DNA of 47,449 nucleotides from Pseudomonadota bacterium. GTDB lineage: Bacteria > Pseudomonadota > Alphaproteobacteria > Caulobacterales > Hyphomonadaceae. Shown here in pieces: positions 30,272-38,123 of this stretch. Under the pieces are notes generated by a model that did not search any database, was not told the DNA's origin, and saw nothing but the letters and a program-made list of their open reading frames with translations. The stretch is taken from contig JBCBYJ010000001.1 in the NCBI GenBank assembly GCA_039815905.1, positions 1-47,449 on the forward strand. The letters run 5' to 3'. Both the position numbers and the translations under genes were made by a program. Within the stretch, counting starts at the first letter, position 1. The number at the start of each line of letters is the position of its first letter.

Positions 30272-30282
30272 GAGCAACACTT

Positions 30283-30333
30283 GGACAAGCCGGCCGGCGA
30301 CGAAGAGGAGGAGGTGCCGCCGACCGTTTGACC
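30283..30333 (-). ncRNA. Stem-loop with CCUCCUCC (anti-SD) loop
   Basis: Minus-strand RNA CGGUCGGCGGC-ACCUCCUCCUCUUC-GUCGCCGGCCG: 11-bp stem with two G-U pairs. Confidence 0.55.
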
Positions 30334-30342
30334 ACCCTTCCC

Positions 30343-30612
30343 CTATGCAAACGTGAAAGCAGCGAGGGTGATATCAGTGCCGGTGCGCGTGACCACATAG
30401 GCCCGCCCGGCAGCCGTGCCACCAGTGGCAGCAGAAACGAGCAAGACGTCTCCTTTGCCTTCGGTGAACTCGTGTGCCACAGAATCGAAATAACCATTGG
30501 CTTCGATCGCTGTGAGCGCGTCAGGTGACGCATAATGATAGATGCCGCGGCGAACGCCGCCAACAAGGCCGCCATCAGCGAACCGGTATAAACTGTCAGC
30601 AAGAAGTGCCAT
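30343..30612 (-). CDS. Small virion protein (capsid decoration candidate)
   Basis: GGAG then ATG 30612; YHY.S.D...IEANGYF..GDVLLV motif; directly after capsid. Confidence 0.7.
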   Translation of the reverse strand: MALLADSLYRFADGGLVGGVRRGIYHYASPDALTAIEANGYFDSVAHEFTEGKGDVLLVSAATGGTAAGRAYVVTRTGTDITLAAFTFA

Positions 30613-30626
30613 GAAAAACTCCGTTG

Positions 30627-30665
30627 AAAAAAGGGCCCTGCGCGGCAAGAGCGCCGCGCAAAACC
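30627..30665 (-). terminator. Rho-independent terminator/attenuator after major capsid gene
   Basis: GGTTTTGCGCGGC-gctctt-GCCGCGCAGGGCC stem followed by a T-run on the minus strand. Confidence 0.65.
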
Positions 30666-30672
30666 AGTTGAT

Positions 30673-31548
30673 TTAAGAGGCCGTGTAGGCTTCCGGATCG
30701 ATTGCGACCGAGGCAATGCTCTCATCGACATCGAACGGAATAATGCCCTCGGGGAGCAAGATGTCCGCGCCTTGCGTCAGGTGCATGTTGACGAACCAGT
30801 GATCCTCAGGGTTTTCCCACGTGATCCGAGTTTTGATATCGCCGAGCTCGACATGGCCAACCGCCGGACGAACCCAAAGAAAGCCACGGCGCAAACTGCC
30901 GCTCGGCACGGGCAGCCGATTGAAATTGATCCAATGGACACTGCTGAAGGTTTTGTAGAACTTTCGCATGTCCTTCCAGGCGAGTTCTGGGCCCATATAA
31001 TCGGCGCTCGTGAACTCTTTGAACCGCATCATGTGCGACCACATGCGCGGGCTCATCAGCCCCCACACTTCAAGATCATCAGCGACGTCGTTGACTTGAA
31101 GCGCCTCGATTGCCTGCTGACAAAGATCTGGCGACATAAAGGTTCCGGTCCCGCCAAGCGGAGTTGTCGTCGACGTGTTGAGCGCCTCAACGATGAGATC
31201 ATCGGCTTTTCGGCCAAGCGCCATGCCGGCCGCTTTTGAGCTCTCATCGACATCATCGGCGTTCATTTGATCGAGATCATACTCATCAATGACGGGCGTC
31301 ACTTTGTAGCGCTTGTGCGCGATGATCTTGTTCGATTTCGCGGTGTTCTGGCCCTTGAGACGGCCGGTGCCCTTCTCATAGGCGGTCAACGAGCCAGTGA
31401 TGTTGAATTTCGCGTCCTTGGAATCGGTGACCGATTTGCGCCGAACGCAGTTGCGGTTGGCGATGCGCCCGCCGCGATCTTGAAAGACGTGGATGGCGCC
31501 TTGTTCGTATGTGGTTGTAAACCACTGGGATGCTGTTGGATCTGACAT
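30673..31548 (-). CDS. Major capsid protein
   Basis: 291 aa; AGMALGRKADDLIVEAL, EFTSADY motifs; follows scaffold. Confidence 0.88.
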   Translation of the reverse strand: MSDPTASQWFTTTYEQGAIHVFQDRGGRIANRNCVRRKSVTDSKDAKFNITGSLTAYEKGTGRLKGQNTAKSNKIIAHKRYKVTPVIDEYDLDQMNADDVDESSKAAGMALGRKADDLIVEALNTSTTTPLGGTGTFMSPDLCQQAIEALQVNDVADDLEVWGLMSPRMWSHMMRFKEFTSADYMGPELAWKDMRKFYKTFSSVHWINFNRLPVPSGSLRRGFLWVRPAVGHVELGDIKTRITWENPEDHWFVNMHLTQGADILLPEGIIPFDVDESIASVAIDPEAYTAS

Positions 31549-31673
31549 GGGGTATTCCCTGCTAATGTTTGAAAATCAGCCTGGGCCGATTGCCAGCAGA
31601 GAGACGCAGGCCTGTCCCTTAAACCTCGGGCCGGTTGCCACATGCTCCGCCAGGTCCATCCCCGACGCCCGGC

Positions 31674-31701
31674 AGAATAAACCGGGCGCCAAAGTGTCAA
31701 A
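31674..31701 (-). promoter_or_regulatory. Candidate capsid promoter
   Basis: TTGACA (31700-31695), 15 bp, TATTCT (31679-31674). Confidence 0.5.
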
Positions 31702-31704
31702 TCA

Positions 31705-32625
31705 TTAGGCCGCTTTCGCGCCTGTCAGCTGCTTCATGAGATTGTCGGTTTCCTTCCGGAACGCCGGATCATACTGCGCATTGTCGGTGCGATAGCGCGG
31801 ATCGCGCATGCGCTTTGTCGCTTCTTCCAGCGTCACCGCGCCGCCGGCGCCCGGTGTATCTGTCAAAGTGACGCCCTTCTCACCCATTTGACTTTGGAAG
31901 AAATTTAGAAGCTGGATCCCGCGCCCGGTGCCGCGAATGAGCTCCATCTCGCCCATAAGGCCCTTCCAGGTCTCAGTATCCATGCCCTCAGGCTTGCCAT
32001 TGGCCTCAAGCCGCTCCTGAAAATCCTTCACCGAAGTTGCGATTTTAGCCGCCTCTTTTGGATCCGAGGAGAGCGCCTCGAGCTCTTTGACTGGATCGAT
32101 CACGGGCTGCAGAAGGCCGCTTTCACCAAGCTTCTCCATGAGCCCGCCAATGACAGACTGGAACGCGCTTTGCGGCATGCCGGCGCCATGGGCGATATCG
32201 CGCGCCATTTTGTAGACGTCATCATTTTCGAGATCTGGAAAAAACTCTTTGGCTTTGTCCGAGAGCTCGATCGTGTAGCCATCCGATTTTTCTGGCGCCT
32301 TTTCAGCCGTTGCGTCCTTGTCCCGAAACCCCTTCCAAGATCCGTAGAGTTTCTCGAGCGTCTGCTCGGCCGTTTCCCCACGCATGCCTTCAGGCAACAC
32401 GCTGGTATCGAAATCGCCGAACTTCGGCGCGTCTGCGCCGCCACTGCCGCCTGCCTCAAGGATTTTGTCGGCCGCAGATTTATCCTCGCCGCCACCGCCG
32501 CCGGACTTGTCATCATCTACGCCCTCACCGTCAGCAAAGCAGACAAGGCAGAGCCTCACGAGCGGATTAAAACTCGCCTCACCCATGAGTGTTGCGCAGC
32601 GTTTAGTCATCGTCATCGTCAGCAT
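31705..32625 (-). CDS. Capsid assembly scaffolding protein
   Basis: GAGGAGG RBS; acidic Gly-rich N-terminus, APEKSDGY, C-terminal MRDPRY...DPAF. Confidence 0.8.
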   Translation of the reverse strand: MLTMTMTKRCATLMGEASFNPLVRLCLVCFADGEGVDDDKSGGGGGEDKSAADKILEAGGSGGADAPKFGDFDTSVLPEGMRGETAEQTLEKLYGSWKGFRDKDATAEKAPEKSDGYTIELSDKAKEFFPDLENDDVYKMARDIAHGAGMPQSAFQSVIGGLMEKLGESGLLQPVIDPVKELEALSSDPKEAAKIATSVKDFQERLEANGKPEGMDTETWKGLMGEMELIRGTGRGIQLLNFFQSQMGEKGVTLTDTPGAGGAVTLEEATKRMRDPRYRTDNAQYDPAFRKETDNLMKQLTGAKAA

Positions 32626-32971
32626 CTTGCCCTCCTCGCATCGCTGTTTCGAAATCTCGAATCGTCAGTAGGATCCGCCAGACGACTTCGTTCTCGCCTT
32701 CGCGGTAATAGGTGAGCGCCATGGCCTTTTCCGGCGAAAGCGTCGAGCGCGCCTCAAAGTCTAGCACAGGCCGGCGCACCGTGTGCGCGCAGAGCCATTC
32801 CAAAACCTCTTTGCCTTCGGGCGAGACGAACAATTGCGCGATCTTGCCCGCCATATTGGCGTCGCGGTTGAAGGCTTTTTGTAGAAGCGTTTCTTCCTCG
32901 CCCGGTGTTGCGAAATCACCCTCGCTCACAGAGCTGATCAGCTCCTGCAGATCTCCGATGTCTTCCATCAT
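32603..32971 (-). CDS. Conserved small phage protein between portal and scaffold (Bbp19-like)
   Basis: F.SPEGKEVLEWL and YREGENEVV motifs; position. Confidence 0.72.
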   Translation of the reverse strand: MMEDIGDLQELISSVSEGDFATPGEEETLLQKAFNRDANMAGKIAQLFVSPEGKEVLEWLCAHTVRRPVLDFEARSTLSPEKAMALTYYREGENEVVWRILLTIRDFETAMRGGQDADDDDD

Positions 32972-34551
32972 GCCGCCAGCGGAACCTCATTAAGGCCAGC
33001 CTCATTGGCGGCGCGGTCAACCTCGTCTGGATTGATGCCAGCTTCGGCGGCTGCCGCTCGGAGCGCCTGCATTTGTTGGCGTTTTTCTTCACGCCGCTCA
33101 GGCAGTGAGATCACGCGGCTATCAACGCCCATGCGCTCTTGCAGCCAAACACCCCACGCATCAGTTTCGACAAAAACGCGCGCTTCTTCAACGCCAACCG
33201 TCGCAACCATGAGCTCATAAAACCGCACCGTCTTCTCAATCTCCTCGAGCTTTTCAGTGTCAGCGAGCGGCGAGAGAATCTGAATCTTGGTCACAAGGTT
33301 GTTGATCTTGATCGCCTCTGGAATGAGCGACCATTGTTGCAAAATGTCGAGCACGCGCTCGACGAGCGGGATGAAAAACTCGCGGTGGAGCCGGCCAAAG
33401 GCTGTGTTGATGTCCTTCGAGAGGCGTTGGAGCCGTGCAGTGATCTCCGTGGGCGAGCGCACCGCGCCCGTTTCGGCCGGCAGCGGATCATCAAATAGCA
33501 TTTCTTTGATCTGCATGCGCAGCTCATCAATGATGATGCCAGAGAGGTCGAAATTCTCGGGAATGTTGAGCCGCTCCATACTGGCCCCGAACGTGCCGCC
33601 GGTCTTGGTGACTTTGAGCATGCCGCCAGGCTTCAGCCTGTTGTTTCTCGGATTAAAGAGCTGATCATCATTGACCATCCAGACACCCAGCAAGGCGAAT
33701 GCGCCGGCTTGCAGCTGCATTTCGACCGCCTTGTTGAGCGTTTTGATGTGGGCAAGCGCAAGGGTGAGCGGGCCCCGCCCGCGCGTCTCGCCAGGGACCT
33801 TGTAGTAACGCGGCGTGATGAACGGTGAGGTCCGCAAATCCTCACCGATCATCTCATGCTCACCATCTTTCCAAATGACCATCCACCGAAAACCGTCGCC
33901 CTGGCGCGAGCAATGCAAAATGAGCTCGATTTCCTTGTCCGGTGTCTCTTTGATGATCTTCCGCAAATCCTTGTGGATGTCAGCATTTGGCCAGATCTTC
34001 TCGATGCGGCTCGCCACAGACTTTTGCGGATAATACCAACCGCAAAGCCGGCCAAAGGCATCTTCCTCGAGCACGACCGCTTCAGACGATATCGCTAAGA
34101 ACCGCACCGGCTCGAGCTGATCACCGCGCAGCACGATCATCGCGCCGGTGCCGGCCATGAGATCTTGATACATCTCATCGGCCGCCAGTGAAAAACCGCC
34201 CGACGCAAAGACAGCAAGCGCCATCGCTGAGGTCTGCTGCAGGTCGCGCTTCATGCGCTCACGCTGATTGACGTCTTGCACGATGGGGCCCGGCACCAGG
34301 CGAAACCAATCTTCAAAATCGGGCGTCAGCGCGCGCTTCAGCTTGCCGGCGCCGCGCTGTGTTGCCACAACAGCCGTCGCATCGACAATCTTGGTCGTGC
34401 GCTTTGCGCCTGGATTTACCTCAACGCCGGCGCGCCGGCGATTGGGCATCGCATAATCGTAAATGTCTTTGAGATGATGCTCCCACCATGCCTGGTCGGC
34501 AGTGGCGAGTTTCTTATAGCGCTTGCAAACATATTCCGCAGTCAGAGCCAA
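32968..34551 (-). CDS. Portal (head-tail connector) protein
   Basis: 527 aa; DATAV, GTGAM, PRYYKVPGETRGRGP, RSPTEI, SPLA motifs of T7/BPP-1-type portals. Confidence 0.92.
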   Translation of the reverse strand: MALTAEYVCKRYKKLATADQAWWEHHLKDIYDYAMPNRRRAGVEVNPGAKRTTKIVDATAVVATQRGAGKLKRALTPDFEDWFRLVPGPIVQDVNQRERMKRDLQQTSAMALAVFASGGFSLAADEMYQDLMAGTGAMIVLRGDQLEPVRFLAISSEAVVLEEDAFGRLCGWYYPQKSVASRIEKIWPNADIHKDLRKIIKETPDKEIELILHCSRQGDGFRWMVIWKDGEHEMIGEDLRTSPFITPRYYKVPGETRGRGPLTLALAHIKTLNKAVEMQLQAGAFALLGVWMVNDDQLFNPRNNRLKPGGMLKVTKTGGTFGASMERLNIPENFDLSGIIIDELRMQIKEMLFDDPLPAETGAVRSPTEITARLQRLSKDINTAFGRLHREFFIPLVERVLDILQQWSLIPEAIKINNLVTKIQILSPLADTEKLEEIEKTVRFYELMVATVGVEEARVFVETDAWGVWLQERMGVDSRVISLPERREEKRQQMQALRAAAAEAGINPDEVDRAANEAGLNEVPLAA

Positions 34552-34554
34552 AGA

Positions 34555-34773
34555 TCAGCTCCCGGTCGTTTTTTTAAGCTGAGACTTTGCGAAGCTGAGA
34601 AGGCTGCGGCCAGAGCGCCGGCGGCGCGCCGAGCCGGCGACGTCAGCGCGCTCGGCCTCGAGCTCGCTGCGCTCATTTTGCGCATCCTGCAATTGCCGGC
34701 GCTGCAAGCCTTCCGCGCGCTTGTCGCGTTTCGGCCGGCCGCCACCAAAAACAGACTGAACAACCTTAGACAT
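34555..34773 (-). CDS. Small basic virion-associated protein
   Basis: 72 aa, GGG-RP start and RRRRSGRSLL end, typical pre-portal gene. Confidence 0.7.
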   Translation of the reverse strand: MSKVVQSVFGGGRPKRDKRAEGLQRRQLQDAQNERSELEAERADVAGSARRRRSGRSLLSFAKSQLKKTTGS

Positions 34774-35185
34774 GATCGGGGGCCCATCTCAGCTTCCAAA
34801 GAGCGGGTCGCAATCTATCACGAGGCTCAAAGTGTAAAACTATGAAGCCGAGGAACTCCGCGAATCGGAGATCCTTTTCGCTCGAAGCTCGCACCGTTGC
34901 GACGATTGGCGGGCCATCCTTGGCAAGCTCGAGAACGCTTGCACACGCCATGCAGACATCGCGCACCCGGACCCTCGGCCTTGCGCGCAAGTGCAACCAC
35001 ATCTCTTGCTCGCCCGCGTCGCGGTCAAGGAACGCCCCGCCCACCGCGAAGACGCCATGATCATCGATGGCCGCCCAGCTTTGCGACTCGCGCATTTGGT
35101 AGAGATAGGCCTGCCATTCGCGCCGTGAGAGGCGCCCCGGCAGGAGCTCAACCAAGTCCTCGATCGTGGCCTCGCGAAGTTTCAT
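34766..35185 (-). CDS. GNAT-fold-like phage protein
   Basis: LREATIEDL start, AVGG, RFAEFLGF motif. Confidence 0.6.
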   Translation of the reverse strand: MKLREATIEDLVELLPGRLSRREWQAYLYQMRESQSWAAIDDHGVFAVGGAFLDRDAGEQEMWLHLRARPRVRVRDVCMACASVLELAKDGPPIVATVRASSEKDLRFAEFLGFIVLHFEPRDRLRPALWKLRWAPDHV

Positions 35186-36717
35186 TGGAAGAGATCGAAA
35201 TCCATCTGAAATCCATGCTGGCGCTCGCCGATCCGCGCATCATCAGGATTAAGGCGCCGCCTGCGCACCGCATTTTCCACAAACGACTTGCCAAAAAAGC
35301 CCGTGACACCGTGCTGGAGCGCATCATGCGGGTGGCTCACCTCATTTTTCTTTGGCTTGGGATCCTCGCGCTTCACCCCCGCGATCTCTTTGATTTCGTA
35401 GGCATAGGCCGAATTAAACCCCTTGATCAGAATGACGCAGCGCGGAGAAAGGATGAGGCCCTGCTCATCGCCTTCAGCCTCGCGAAGCAAGATCCGAACG
35501 GTCTCGAGACGGAAGCCCTCAAGCTCGTTCGACTCGGCTGGCAAGATCGGGATCCCGAGCGCAGCCTCACCAACTTCAACCCAGGTCATCTCGCCCGACT
35601 CGGTATCAGCCCCACCAAAAGCCGAGGGATCGCACCAGGCTCGCATGCGCGTGTTGGCTTCACGCAAATGCGGCTCCTCGAGCTTGCGGAGCATGGCTTC
35701 GAAAAAGCGCGACGGGCCGCAGCGGCCGAGATACAGCTCATCGATCACGCGCGCCCGCCCGAAGGGCGTCACTTGGAAAAAGACGGCCGCAGGCCGGCCG
35801 CCTACCTCAGTGCCGGCATCAAGACCGATGTAGAGCTCGAGCTCCGGAAGGGCGTCTAGATCCCCGTTCGCGACGTGCCGGTTTTGGCGGAAGGTGTCGT
35901 AAACCGGATTGCCATGGCGCGAGGGCCCCCACCGATTGTGAACATAGATCCGCACCCACCAATCGGGGTTGGCGCGCGCCATATCCTCGTAATAGCCCGG
36001 CGTCAGATTTTGGAGGTTCTCAGCGCCCTTCTCCATCCCGCCAGGCAGATCAATGAAATCGACAACGTCGCGGTCGCGGGCCGCCTCGAGCGTGTCATAG
36101 ATCCAGTGATCAACGTCCGATTTGTTGAGATCCATCGCGACGTGCTTGTCGATTTTGTAGCCAGGCGGCAAAAGCGCTTGGCGCGGATAGCGCCCGATCC
36201 GCCCAAGCCCAAAGCTCATCACTTCCTTTGGCTGAGACGTCGCTGCGTTCATGAAAATCGCCGACACCTCGAAGCCATCGAGCCAGTCGCGGATGTCCAT
36301 ATCCGGAAGCGCCGCAAATTGGTGGGTAAACTCAACCGGCCCGTGATCATCGACAAATTTGAGCTTGTGTTCGGCCGGCCTGTCCTGGCCGCCGCTCCAA
36401 ACGCCGACCGTTGGCGGAAACCACTGATGCCAGGTTGAGATCGCGGTTTTGTAGAGTTGGCGATAGCTGTCGCGGGTCGTCAGCAGCGAATAGCGCCGCA
36501 CGCCATCGAGACAGATCGGCGAGCGCATCGCATTGAACACCTCGCCAATGAACACCGTCGTCGTCTTACCGCAGCCATAGGGCCCAGCGAGCGCCCGCAC
36601 GAGCCCCGACGATGAGAGATAGGCGAGAGACTTCGGCCCCGGCGGCTGCCAACCGGTAATGTTGAAATCGCCGGCGAGCTCCTCGAGCGGGCGATAATCG
36701 TCAAGATCATCAGCCAT
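35182..36717 (-). CDS. terL: Terminase large subunit
   Basis: Walker A GPYGCGKT, nuclease IGLDAG, C-terminal SHPHDALQH. Confidence 0.92.
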   Translation of the reverse strand: MADDLDDYRPLEELAGDFNITGWQPPGPKSLAYLSSSGLVRALAGPYGCGKTTTVFIGEVFNAMRSPICLDGVRRYSLLTTRDSYRQLYKTAISTWHQWFPPTVGVWSGGQDRPAEHKLKFVDDHGPVEFTHQFAALPDMDIRDWLDGFEVSAIFMNAATSQPKEVMSFGLGRIGRYPRQALLPPGYKIDKHVAMDLNKSDVDHWIYDTLEAARDRDVVDFIDLPGGMEKGAENLQNLTPGYYEDMARANPDWWVRIYVHNRWGPSRHGNPVYDTFRQNRHVANGDLDALPELELYIGLDAGTEVGGRPAAVFFQVTPFGRARVIDELYLGRCGPSRFFEAMLRKLEEPHLREANTRMRAWCDPSAFGGADTESGEMTWVEVGEAALGIPILPAESNELEGFRLETVRILLREAEGDEQGLILSPRCVILIKGFNSAYAYEIKEIAGVKREDPKPKKNEVSHPHDALQHGVTGFFGKSFVENAVRRRRLNPDDARIGERQHGFQMDFDLFQ

Positions 36718-36965
36718 GAGCCCAAACCCCGGACCCCATCGGAGCTGACAAGTGCGCAAACGTCAAAATTGACCCACCCTCGAGCCACTTCAGCCCTTTC
36801 CGAATCGCCGCCCGGTGAAGCGAATGGGCCCTCACAACGGACGGACGCGCGTTTTCCGGGGGCACTTTCTGACCGGCGCATGAGGGCGAGGCACCCCCCT
36901 TCGGACCGCTCATGACTAAAGTTTCTTTAGTCGATATTTGTCTGCAATACATTGATATCATTGAA

Positions 36966-37574
36966 TTACTCATCATTTGTCCGACTATTTCCGTCCGACT
37001 TTGGCTCATCTTTATCGTTTATCGATGTGTCTGGCAGGCCGCGCGCCTGAGCCGGCCGAAGGTCCAGCGGACCCTGTGTGTGTGAAGCGAAACCCCCATC
37101 AGGCGTGAACACCGCGATCGCGATGCCCTTGGTGTCGACCTCGACCGCCAATGGCAGCTTCTGATGCACGTACGGCATGAGATCATCTGCCATCGCCTTC
37201 ACATGCGCCATGCACTTCTCGATCGGGATCCCGGTCCGAATCGCCATGCCGATCGCGCGACGCTCCAAGAATGATCCCGCGCTATGCCCAGCAGCCTTGT
37301 GCTCAGCGTACCCGTCAAACAGCGTCTCAGTCAGCAGCTCGCCGACGGTCACGCCATACCGATCCTCCTGCAGCTTGCGCAGCGCGTCATTGCGCTTGTT
37401 CCGCGCCCCGCGAGGTCGGCCGATTTTCGATGGTTCTGGCTGGTCGGCCGCGACATAGGCCTGCTCAACCTCAGCCGCTGGCCCTTTTTCGACTATTTTA
37501 CTGCCATCATCGCCACAAGACACCTGATCGTCAGACTGTCTTGCTGCTGTCTTGTTATAACTATCTGATTCCAT
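36966..37574 (-). CDS. Terminase small subunit (start uncertain)
   Basis: GRPRGARNKR and LMPYVHQKLP motifs; immediately upstream of terL. Confidence 0.7.
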   Translation of the reverse strand: MESDSYNKTAARQSDDQVSCGDDGSKIVEKGPAAEVEQAYVAADQPEPSKIGRPRGARNKRNDALRKLQEDRYGVTVGELLTETLFDGYAEHKAAGHSAGSFLERRAIGMAIRTGIPIEKCMAHVKAMADDLMPYVHQKLPLAVEVDTKGIAIAVFTPDGGFASHTQGPLDLRPAQARGLPDTSINDKDEPKSDGNSRTNDE

Positions 37575-37775
37575 TAGATATATCTCTAAATAAGACAATA
37601 AGACAAAAAGACACCAAATTCCCCAGACGCGCATGCGCATACGCACACATTAAGGGGCGTAACCCTGTCTTATCCGTCTTGTTGTCTTGTAGTGGTCTTT
37701 TCTCTCGAAAGATCAGTAGTTTACGCAATCGCAAAACAAGACAGTAACAAGACGCACAAGACAGTCTGGTGTCTC
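37515..37775. repeat. Iteron cluster, probable phage replication origin
   Basis: About 13 AAGAC/GTCTT cores in alternating-orientation groups around AT-rich and alternating purine-pyrimidine tracts, downstream of helicase. Confidence 0.72.
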
Positions 37776-37931
37776 AAACCCGAATCTTTCTCCATTTCTT
37801 AGCGAAGCATAGGGTCTGGGATCCCGTGTCAAACCATTGGGCCGAAAGCGAGTGAGGTTGGCCGGTCCCCTCACCGCGGCAAAAGCCAAGGGTCCGGGGA
37901 TCCAGTCAGGGTCTCGCAATGGGGTGAGTGG

Positions 37932-38123
37932 CTAGTCTTTGCTCTGGTGCTCGACCTTGATTGCGAAGAGCTCGTAGTCTGCACCATCGCCACCTTTACA
38001 GCGGAGTATCAGGCTCGAGCTTTTGTGGTCTTGGACGGTGACATCGCCCTCGCTCATCTCAAGGTAGTCGCGAATATTGTGCAATAAAGAATCGCGCGTT
38101 GCCAAAATTTCAGCGTTGGTCAT
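37932..38123 (-). CDS. Hypothetical protein
   Basis: 63 aa; ATG directly after helicase stop, GAGGAG upstream. Confidence 0.65.
   Translation of the reverse strand: MTNAEILATRDSLLHNIRDYLEMSEGDVTVQDHKSSSLILRCKGGDGADYELFAIKVEHQSKD

Noticed and set aside
34897-35859. 320-aa plus-strand ORF and similar long antisense ORFs (18920-19744, 26341-27204, 40698-41513, 41526-42347)
   Set aside because: They lie opposite well-supported phage genes, are Arg/Ala/Pro-rich shadows of high-GC codon usage and have no recognisable motifs
37575-37919. N-terminal extension of terS (MRMRMRVW...) and ORF 37713-37919
   Set aside because: Both run through the iteron/origin tract and lack a clear RBS; probably non-coding
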